Positions 50,201 to 61,214 of a stretch of DNA of 64,000 bases are shown here, one piece after another. The notes below the pieces were generated by a model, which searched no databases, was not told where the DNA came from, and was given only the letters and a program-made list of their open reading frames with translations. Source of the stretch: Selaginella moellendorffii (lineage: Eukaryota > Plantae > Lycopodiophyta); contig NW_003314327.1 in assembly GCF_000143415.4 (NCBI RefSeq), positions 919,403 to 983,402 of the forward strand. The letters are read 5' to 3'. Each line of letters starts with the position of its first letter. The stretch's first letter is position 1. The position numbers were made by a program, and so were the translations under genes.

Positions 50201-53200
50201 CGTTGTTCAACGGTATTGTCTCGGATTTGTTTCCAGGGGTAGTGCTACCAGAGCCCGACTACACGAACCTGGACAAAGTCATTAGAGATAACTGCAAAAA
50301 GTTTAATCTCCAACCAACACCGTATTTCAAAATCAAGATCATCCAGCTCTATGAAATGATCATTGTTCGTCACGGACTCATGCTCGTCGGTTTGTCGTTC
50401 TCGGGGAAGACTTGCGCTTTGCGAGTGCTCCAGGCCGCTCTAACAGATCTGGCAGAGCAGGGACTTGATAACGAGAGGAGAGTTCAGGTACTAACCTGCT
50501 TGTTAAGATTCTCTCTCGGTAACATTTCTCTATCATCTGGAAGATTGCGACGGTGAATCCCAAGTCCGTCACCATGGGACAGCTTTACGGTCAAGCAGAT
50601 CCCATGACTCAGGAATGGCTGGACGGAGTGTTGGCAGTGCGCTTCCGGGAGCAGGCGTCAGATCCTTCAAACGACCGAAAGTGGCTCGTCCTTGACGGTC
50701 CAGTGGATGCTATTTGGATCGAGAACATGAACACTGTGCTGGACGACAACAAAAAGCTGTGCCTTCCAAACAGCGAGATTATCCAAATGTCGTCGTCTAT
50801 GAACATGATATTTGAGGTAAGTCGCAAGCTTTCTAGGCTTTCAGATGGAACGTAACAAGTTTTGTTTCTTCAAGCTCGCTGCAGGTTGGCGACCTCGCAG
50901 TCGCGTCTCCGGCAACTGTAAGCAGATGTGGAATGGTTTATCTTGAACCCCATCAAATGGGATGGCAACCTCTGATGCTGTCATGGCTGGACACTCTCCC
51001 TGCATCGCTTCAAGGTCCTCTAAGGACTCATCTGCAAGGCCTCTTCGAATGGATGGTGACGGCTTGCTTGAGATTCGTCCGGAAGAGCGTCAAAGAGCTA
51101 TCGCCTACATCCGACGCAAATATCGTGGTCAGCTTGATGAGAAACTTCTACGGGCTTATTGACGAGCTCAAACCTGAAGAAGCGGGCAAGGCATTTGGCA
51201 AGGAGAAGCTTGGAATATGGGTGGACTCGATATTTCTCTTCTCCCTGGTGTGGTCTATTGGTGCCACCGGTGATAACGAGGCACGCCAAGGATTTGATGC
51301 TTTTCTGAGGCATCTGGCTGCCGGTGAAGTTCCTGAAGGATACGAGCTGTGGGTGCCATCAACACACGTTGATCTCTTTACGAAGATCATGCCCGATGAC
51401 GATGGTGCTACGGTCTATGACTTTCTATTCGACAAAGAAAATGCGGCCTGGCTCCTCTGGACTGCTACCATTGTCCCGTTGGAGATTCCCCAAGGCGCCA
51501 TCTTCAGCGAAATCATCATCCCAACGAAGGACATGGTGAGATATACGTTCCTGTTGGACAAAGGTATACAGGCCAATTATCCTGTGCTACTGGTCGGCTC
51601 AACTGGAACGGGAAAGTCCGTTTACATCAATCGCCACCTCTCTCTGGGCCTGCCGAAAGAGTTCTTTACAACCATCTTCGTCTGTTTCTCGGCTCGTACC
51701 TCAGCAAACATGACACAAAATCAGATCGATGGCCAACTCGACAGAAGAAAGAGAGGCATTTACGGCCCTGTTCTTGGAAAGCGGTGCATTATCTTTGTGG
51801 ACGACCTCAACATGCCACAGGTGAGCAGCGCAGTGTGTTTGGCGTGCCTTTACTGAGTCTCTGTAACTCTGCAGCCCGAAGTCTATGGTGCACAACCGCC
51901 TATTGAGCTCTTGAGGCAGTATATGGACCATGACGGATGGTATGGGCGTGACAATGTGTTCAAAAAGATTGTGGACGTGTTGTTTGTTGCCGGCATGGGT
52001 CCACCGGGGGGAGGAAGAAACTTTGTTACTCAAAGGTTTTTGCGTCATTTCAATGTCGTCGGCGTCGCTCAGGTACCTGTTTGCGTGTGTCTAACATTGA
52101 GTGATCATGAGTTTCTGCAGGTGGCGGAGGACTCCTTGCGTCTTATATTCAACACTATTCTCAATTGGCATCTCACTATAAACAACGAGTTTCCTAAAGA
52201 TGTCATCTACCTGCAACCTGCGGTGATCAACGCTACGATGGATGTCTTCAACGAGTCGAAAGCACAGTTACTGCCAACGCCGACGAAATCCCACTACACG
52301 TTCAACCTCCGAGATTATGCCAAAGTCATACAGGTGTTTAAATCGATTTTAAGAAAACATTATCCTGACTCGTACATATGACAGGGAATGATGTTGCAAG
52401 ATTCCTCAAAAGTCCCGGTTGGCCGAGAAGGTGCAAGGCAGCACGTACGGTTGTGGGTACACGAGGTCTTACGTGTTTTTTATGATCGCCTGGTTGATGA
52501 TCAAGACCGAGACTGGCTACTCAAGTACTTAAAAGAGCTCGTACAGACTCGGTTTAAACAACAATTCGACGAGCTCTTTGGTCATCTTCTTGGCGAAAAC
52601 GAGCTTGAAATTGGACAAAACGAGATGCGAAGGTAATGTATCTGTGTTTGCTAAAGCGTATGATCTATAATAAAAACACACGCAGGTGCTTTTTTGGAGT
52701 CTATATGAACGAAGACGTTGAGTCAAGAGTATACGAGGAGATAACAGACGTGCCCGAGATCATAAGTTTGATGGAAAACTATCTCACGGATTACAATGGC
52801 GTCAGCAAACGCCCAATGAACCTCGCAATTTTCTTGTTTGCCGTGGAACATGTCTCCAGGATATGTAGAGTTTTAAGGCAACCTGGGGGTCACATGCTGC
52901 TGGTTGGTGTTGGTGGTAGCGGCAGGCAAAGCTTGACAAGGCTCGGTGCTTCTGTGTCTGCTATGGAGGTCTTTCAGGTAAGCAGCGTTTCGAAATGACA
53001 ACTTTCTAACTAGCTCTTGTACCAGGTGGAAATTAGTAAAAGCTATACAAAAGTCGAATGGCGAGAAGACTTGATAAGCTTTCTGAAGAAGGCAGGAGCA
53101 GCTCCTGGCCTGCCAAGCGTTTTTCTCTTCAGTGATACCCAAATTACAGATGAGGGATTTGTTGAAGACTTGAATAATCTTCTGAATTCCGGAGAGGTGT

Positions 53201-56200
53201 CCTTGACTGAATCAGCAAGTGGACTCTGACGCAAGACGTTCTGCTTGCATGCAGGTCCCGAACATGTTTCCCAGCGATGAAAAAGCCCAGGTACTTGAAG
53301 CGACAAAGGAAAAGGCGGCCAAGTTGGGGAAAGAACTCGACTCGCCAATGGAGCAATGGAGATACTTTGTCGAGCAGTGCAGGCAAAAGCTCCATGTCAT
53401 CTTCTGCATGAGTCCCGTGGGACAAGCATTTAGGGATCGATTAAGGCAGTTTCCTTCGTTGGTGAACTGCTGCACTATCGACTGGTTTCAGGTAAGGACT
53501 GCTAGATATTGTTGGGAGTTACTTATGCTCATCCTTGAATAGGAATGGCCCGTGGATGCTCTTGAGGCTGTAGCCTATAAGTTTCTTAAGGACATGCCGC
53601 TGGAGGATAAAGCAAGGGCAAGCATTGTAAAGATTTGCAAGGTATTTCTTTTCGTCTAAAGATATGTTTTAATACTGGATATGTTCCAGGCATTCCATGA
53701 GAATGTGCGCGAGTACTCTCTTCAATACAAGCTTAAGCAGGGCCGGCATAACTATGTGACTCCTACGTCCTACCTTGAACTTATCTCGACATTTCAGGTG
53801 CGTGGTTTGCGCGGTAATATCCACATTTGTCTGATGAATGTGAACCGCAGACGCTACTACAAACCAAACAAGAGGAAAAACTAAAACAGAAGAGAAGGTA
53901 CGAAGTAGGACTCGAGAAGCTCCAATCTAGTGCAGAGCAGGTCGCGGTCATGCAACAAGAGCTTCAAGATCTCATGCCGAAGCTGATAGTTACAGTAAGT
54001 ATTGCGCGCTGTGTGTTGCATCCTCTACTTAATGATGACTCCCGCCTTACCTTAGGTAGAAGAAGTGGAAAAACTTATGGCAAAAGTCGAGAGAGAAAAG
54101 AAAGAAGTGGTCGAACCAAAGAAGGCAATCGTGATGAAGGATGAGGCAGAAGCCAGCAAGCAGGCAGCTGAAGCTAAAGGAATTAAGGACGAGTGCGAGG
54201 CAGTGTTGGCCGTCGCAATGCCTGTGCTGGAAGAAGCTTTAGCGGCACTGGACACGCTATCAGCCAACGACATCAATTACGTGAAGAAGCTTTCAAATCC
54301 GCCGGCTGCAGTGAAGCTGGTGATGGAAGCTGTTTGTGTGATTCTAGACGTCAAGCCTGCAAAGATTCCGGACGGGAAGGGTGGGACGCTGATGGATTAC
54401 TGGAAACCATCAGTCGTTTTGCTGAACAACAAAGACTTTCTTCAAAATCTGAAAGATTATGACAAAGACAATATCGAGGCCAAGATTATTGCAAAGATCC
54501 GAAGTCAGTATACGAGCAATCCAGAGTTTACACCTGCTAAAGCTGCTAATGCGTCAGCTGCCGCTGAGGGACTTTGCAAATGGATCATTGCAATGGACAA
54601 ATATGATACAGTGGCTAAGTTTGTGGCACCAAAGAAAGCAAAACTTAGAGAAGCGGAGGGTAAATACGAAGTGGTGATGGTGGGGTTAAGGGCTAAGCAA
54701 ACAGAGCTTAAAGGTTTACTAGATAAGTTGGGTCAACTCGAAGAAGAGCTTGATGCGAACATGCTGAAGAAAGAAAACCTTCAGGTAAAATCTTGATTTC
54801 CATACACACTTTCACCTCTACATTTTGTCTTTTCATTTCTGCAGCATGAAGTGAAAATGTGTACTGTCAAGCTAGAGAGAGCTGAACAGCTCATCGGAGG
54901 ACTTGGAGGGGAGAAAACACGGTGGATTGCTGCGGCGAAGCAGCTAGGAATCGAGTACGTGAATCTCACAGGCGATGTTCTAGTGGCTTCAGGGATAATT
55001 GCCTATCTCGGTGCCTTCACTGCCGGGTATGCCTTCGGTTTTGTGTTTCTTTTCCCATGCAGAGTCATCCCTGTGTGTGTGACGCAGGTACCGGATTGAA
55101 ATTGTCGACCTGTGGACAAAGCTTGTTCGCAGTGAAAACATTCCGCGTTCGACATCCTTCTCCTTCTTTGATATACTGGGTAATCCAGTGCATGTTCGCG
55201 AATGGATGATAGCAGGGCTGCCAAACGATTCGTTTTCAATAGAAAACGGCATCATAGTTGCGAATTCTAGGCGGTGGCCGCTTATGATCGATCCGCAGGT
55301 ATCTGCTGTGGTTGGCCATTTTGTCTGCGTACTTGATGGTTTTGTTTGCCAGGGACAAGCCAACAAGTGGATCAGAAATATGGAGAGGGAACGAAACCTG
55401 CAGATAATCAAGCTGCTTGGTGGTGGTGACTACATGCGGATCCTCGAAAATGCCATCCAGTTTGGATTGCCAGTGCTCCTGGAAAACGTTGGCGAGGAGT
55501 TGGATCCATCCCTGGAACCTTTACTGCTGCGGCAGGTAAGAGACAGCCTTTGGAAACCTCTTCTCTGAGGAGCAACATCTGTCGTGCAGATTTTCAAATC
55601 AGGAGGCATGATGTGCATAAAGCTGGGAGACACGGTCATTGAGTACAACAACGACTTTAGATTCTACATAACTACAAAGTACCGCAACCCGCATTACTTG
55701 CCCGAAACGGCTGTCAAAGTGACCCTCCTGAATTTCATGATCACCAAAGATGGTTTGTCAGACCAACTCCTAGGTGTGGTTGTCGCCAAAGAGAGGCCCG
55801 ATTTGGAGCAGCAAAAGAACGAGCTTGTGGTTCAGGTGAATAATTGTCTAAGTCACCATCGTTCAACCCCAGCCTCTTGTGTATTTCTCAGGGCGCGGAG
55901 AACAAGAGGAGGCTGAAAGAGCTAGAAGACAAGATCTTGGAAGTGCTGTCTAGCAGTGAAGGCAACATTCTGGAAGATGAGACTGCTGTGAAGATTATCT
56001 CAGAGGCCAAAGTCGTCGGTAATGATATCACCGTCAAACAGGTTAGCGCTGTCCAGCTCGTGGCTGTCAACTTATATCGTGTCTCGCAGACCCTGGCTGA
56101 GCAAACGGAGAAAAATATTGACGAAGCTCGAAAGGGTTACCAGTCTTGTGGAGAGTATGCTGCCATACTGTTTTTCTGCATCACGGACCTTGCAAACATC

Positions 56201-59003
56201 GACCCCATGTACCAGTACAGTCTACCATGGTTTTCATCGCTTTTCGTCATATCCATCGCTTCAAGCGAGAAGAACCCGGACCTGATTAAACGCTTGGAGA
56301 TTATTCAAGACTTCTTTCTATACGTGCTCTACAACAACGTGTGCAGATCCCTGTTTGAGAAGGACAAGCTGTTATTCTCGTGCCTTTTAGCTTCAAGGAT
56401 CCTTGAGATGAAAGGTGAGATTTCGGTCCCAGAGTGGATGTTTTTCCTCACAGGAGGGGTGGCATCGTCGCCCGATCGTCCAAATCCTGCTCCGGAATGG
56501 TTGCTGGACAAAGCATGGGGTGAACTTTGCAGGGTGTCCAAGTTTCCCGCATTTGCCGACCTCAGTGACCATGTGATAGCCAACACGGCCGCGTGGAAGG
56601 CCATGTTCTCATCACCGGAGCCACACATGGAGAGAATTCCAGGAAAATACAACGACGTCACCTCATTCCAGAAGCTGCTCGTTCTTCGCTGCATTCGACC
56701 AGACAAAGTTATTCCGGGTATACAACGCTTTGTGACTGAGAAGCTGGGGGAGGAATTCGTCCAGCCGCCGCAGTTCAACCTTGCCTCCTGCTACAAGGAC
56801 TCGAGTGCAACGTGCCCCCTCATCTTCGTCTTGTCGCCGGGGAGTGATCCCACCGCTGCTCTCCTCAAGTTTGCAGGTACTGTCCGTCCATCACCCTGAA
56901 CTTGATCTCTGCAGCTTTTGTTATTGCAGGCGACATGGAAATGGGAGACAGGCTTGCTCCCATTTCTCTTGGGCAAGGCCAAGGACCAAAGGCCGCGACG
57001 ATGATCACCGATGCCATGGCAACAGGTTCTCAAAACTATAAGACAATATTAACTCTAACGCGGCGGACTTTCAAGCAGGTTCATGGGTCCTCCTCCAGAA
57101 CTGTCACCTTGCTCCGTCCTGGATGCCCGAGCTCGAGAGGATTTGCGAGAACGTTCCTGCTGAAGTTCATCAGGACTTCCGGCTCTGGATGACTTCCTAT
57201 CCAAGTCCCAAGTTCCCTATAACAGTTTTGCAGGTTTGGTGCTCCTTTCAAATGTGTGCCTGATCTCTTTAATCGCATGATCGATCCAGAACGGGGTGAA
57301 GATGACGAATGAGCCCCCGAAAGGCCTCAGAGCCAACATGCGAAGATCATACGGCCTGGATCCAATATCAAACGAGGAGTTCTTTGAGAGCTCCAACCAA
57401 CCCGAGGTTTTCAAAGGCCTCCTGTTCGGTCTCGCTTTCTTCCATGCCGTTGTGCAAGAGAGGCGTAACTTTGGACCTTTGGGGTGGAACATTCCATACG
57501 GGTTTGATGACGGAGATCTGAGAATAAGGTAAAGCTTGACACTGTTTTAGCGACTGAACTCGAAACTTGTGACTTCTACAGCGTTCGCCAGCTACATATG
57601 TTCATCAATGAGAGCACTCCTGGTCAACTTCCATTGGAGGCACTGAGATACGTGACTGGAGAATGCAACTATGGAGGACGAGTTACAGGTCTGGATTGTA
57701 CAGCCTTTTGTCGACTCTTGTGCTCAAGAAAATCTCTCCTCTGTGCAGATGACAAGGATAGGCTGCTTCTAAACACCATCCTCCGCACAGTTTACTGTCC
57801 TGAAATGCCGCAGCCCGGGTACAAGCTCTCTGAGTCTGGCATCTACCAGACACCTGAGCCTGGGAACTGGGAATCCTACGCCAAAACCATCGACACATTC
57901 CCAATTATCCCGGGGCCCGAGGTCTTTGGCTTGCATACCAATGCCGACATAACCAAGGACATGAACGCCACGGCTTTAATCCTCAGCTCCTTGCTCGCAA
58001 CCTCGGCCGCTATGGTGAGCGCAGGTGGCGGGGGCGGCGGGGGTGGCGGGGGTGGTGGCGAGGGGGGAGTAGCGGTGGTGGTGAGGGAGATACTCAGGAT
58101 TCTTTCTCCCAACTTTGATATCGAGGCTTGCGAGAGGAAGTACCCGGTTCTTTACGAGGAAAGCATGAACACGGTGCTGAGCCAGGAGATGACTCGGTTT
58201 AACAAGCTCCTCGACAGGTTGGTTTGGCAATGTTGTGTTTCTTCTTTTTGCTACAGCTCTCCTTTACAGGATTCGGGGATCGCTCATCAACATGGAGAAA
58301 GCGATTCGCGGAGTTGTGGTTATGTCTGCCGAGCTTGAAACGGCCTATAAGAGCATGATGATCAACCAGGTGCTTTTATCTTGTCACTTTGACGAAATGT
58401 TCCCGAACTCTCTTTGTGGGCCAGGTACCCGCGCTGTGGCAGAAGGTGTCGTACCCATCCCTCAAGCCACTCTCTTCCTACATCACCGATCTCATGGAGA
58501 GGCTGCACTACTTGCAAGACTGGTACGACCATGGCGTCCCCGCAGTCCACTGGGTGAGCGGCTTCTTCTTCGCGCAGTCCTTCCTCACGGCGGCCATGCA
58601 AAACTACGCCCGCAAGCATCGCTACGCCATCGACACCCTGGGCTTCGACTACTTCGTGGTGGATGGCGAGCCAACGCAGGCACCGCGGGAGGGAGTGTAC
58701 ATCAAGGGCCTCTACCTCGAGGGCTGCGCCTGGGATCCCGTCAACAAGTGCCTGTGTGAGTCGCAGCCCAAGGTGATCTTCGTGCCCGCGCCAATCATCT
58801 GGCTCAAGCCCGTGCTCCAGTCGGACATGCGGGACTTCAATCACTACAACTGTCCGGTGTACCGGACAATGGAGAGGCGAGGTGTTCTTGCCACGACTGG
58901 CCACTCCACCAACTTCTTGATGTATCTCAAGATGCCCAGCAAGGAGCCGGCCGATCATTGGATACGTCGAGGAGTCGCCATGCTCTGCTCGCTTTCAGAC
59001 TAA
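44262..59003 (+). CDS. Axonemal inner-arm (single-headed) dynein heavy chain, multi-exon
   Basis: P-loops [33 protein letters not shown]; [26 protein letters not shown]; ends TTGHSTNF...[15 protein letters not shown]. Confidence 0.97.
45237..45251. repeat. (TG)7 microsatellite in dynein intron 1
   Basis: Directly visible. Confidence 0.9.
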
Positions 59004-59093
59004 AACCCAGACTAGAGGACGTAAGAGCGCTAGAGAATGTACATATGTATATGTATATATGCTCTGGTTTCGTTAGAAAGGAGCCACCTAGTG

Positions 59094-59784
59094 CTAGTGT
59101 TTCATACCACCCATGAATGTTTTCGGGTTAGGACACTGGCCACTGAATTCTGCTTGCGAGAAATCAAATCCTGGGTGCTACACACACGATGGAAACGATA
59201 AGAGAGAGAAAAGGAAAGAGAAGGCCCTTGACTTGTACCTCTTCCTGGAAGCGTTCGAGCATTAGTCGACGCTTCTCCAAATCTGCCGAGTAAGGATCCA
59301 ATTGTCCATGTCCCTCAATCGCGGTTTGCCACGGCTGGCCCTTGTCTCGTTTCTGGAGATTAATGTGCAGAGTCTCGTCCTCTGAGGAAAAAAGAGTGAG
59401 AATGGACCGCGCTCTCAATGGAGGCGGGCGTACCTATTGTCCAGAACGAGCCATCCAGCTTGACAGGGCCCCCTAGATTGTGCTGGAAAGCGGCATAGCA
59501 TGGTCAGGCAGCGCATACAAGACAAACTTGGCTTACATTGAGGTATGGCGGATTCCCTTTGATGCCGACTTCCACATGTTGCAGCTGGATATTGCAGGAG
59601 AAGAGCTTCTTGGGAATTTGCTTGGGCAAATCGATGTAGATATTCACCTCGTCCAGCGTCTGATCCCACTCGTAGATGGTCTGCCCTGCACATAGTTAGA
59701 GCTAAGTGCCCGGCAGTGGAGGGAGGCGGGCATACCATTGTGGACGAACTTGTGGCGCTTGTCGGGGGCGAGCTTGTCGGACAT
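59094..59784 (-). CDS. NudC-domain (CS domain) co-chaperone, NUDCD2/NMig1-like
   Basis: Spliced MSDKLAPDKRHKFVHNG|QTIYEWDQTLDEVNIYI...RLMLERFQEE|HPGFDFSQAEFSGQCPNPKTFMGGMKH*. Confidence 0.92.
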
Positions 59785-60085
59785 AGCTGCTCTCGAGGAG
59801 GACGCGCCCTAAAATGCTGTGCCCTACTTGGTCTCTCTCTGGAAATAAGTAAACGATTTCCGGCGGTATTAGTTAAAACAAACAGCACACGTGAAAGCAT
59901 GCGATTTAAACCATGTGTGCTGTTCCCGATTCTCCCTACCACCTTGACCACCGAATCCAGTAAACAAACAATTCCCATGACAAGGCATATTATAAGCTCG
60001 GCAAGGCGGGCAGAGCGAGTGAGGCGAGTGAAGCGCGGAAGAGTGCAAACTCACAGCGCGCTTTCATGTACCGTGCTGCTTCAAC

Positions 60086-61099
60086 ATGGTAAACTAATCT
60101 CTCCTTGGTTTTGGTCTTGGCATGACACCAAGTGGCGTGGTATCAGATCTTCAGGTGGTTGCACCGCAAGTTCCTTGAGCCCAAACATTCCAACCGAGGT
60201 GAGGGCCTACTTTTGTTTCCATTCCAACAGAGCTCAATGTTTGCTGCAGCCGACACAAGCAGCAGCAAGCCGAGGGTGTTAGCAGCACCAGTCCCAAGCG
60301 GCAGCACCAGCTCCACCACCAGCACCACATCCAAAAGCTCTTCCAGTAGCAGCAGCAGTAGTAGCTGCTGTGCCTGTGGAGATGCTCCAGAGCAGGAGCT
60401 CTCTAACCCAGGAAATCCAAGAGCAGGCGAACAACTCACCCAAGGCCGCCTGATCATGAGCGGCAAAGTATTCCCGACGCAGAGACGAGGCATGGTTGCA
60501 GCGCAAGCGCAACGCCGATCTCAGCTTGCCGTTCCTAGTCCTGCCGCTGCTGACACTGCCAACTGCACCAACAGCATCAAACTCCGGCGAGTGAAGTGCC
60601 TCTTTTCTGTCATCCGATCGCCTCTCAAGTGGACATGGCCACAGTGCCACTCCCACAAAAGAAGCTCCAGTCGGCCGCGGATAAAATGTGTTAGCTTCCA
60701 AAAGGTAACACAATGTTTTGGTGCTCTTCGGTGCTTCCACACTTATCTTCCACAGATGCTCGCCAGGCTGCAAAAGCGGGCCTGCTTTTCATCTTGTCGC
60801 ACCAGCACCGGCACTAGCAACCACAAGTTGCCAGTCTCAGCCCAGGTTCCTAATCCAGCTCAAGCGCCAAACAGATTTCTCAGCCCCTCCCACCCTACTG
60901 CTGCCTCAGAATCAGTCCAAGTTTCACCTCAGAAACGATCCTTTCGGAAATCGCTCAGCGCCTCCGACCCGGAATATTGGATCAACAGCAACTCTGACTG
61001 TGAGTGTACTTTCGTGTTGCCGAGCGTTCTGATCGTATCACCCTTAATGCAGACGTCGATTTCGTCATGACAAGTGACATGAAAGATTCCAGAAAATGA
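60086..61099 (+). CDS. Divergent LAZY/DRO1/TAC1 (IGT family)-like protein, about 266 aa, 5 coding exons
   Basis: Exons 60086-60088 (ATG), 60147-60198, 60250-60704, 60756-60999 and 61053-61099 are in frame (801 nt). Region I-like M|IFRWLHRKF and region V-like EYWINSNSD/YVDFVM with a phase-1 intron. Confidence 0.72.
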
Positions 61100-61214
61100 A
61101 CTGGCCAGGAGTGTAAACATGTCTAAGCTGACATGGAAATGGACTGCGTTTCCACCTATGTGAAAGAACATTGGTAAACTTCTATAAAAACACAGAATAC
61201 CTGTTGCGTGGCAG

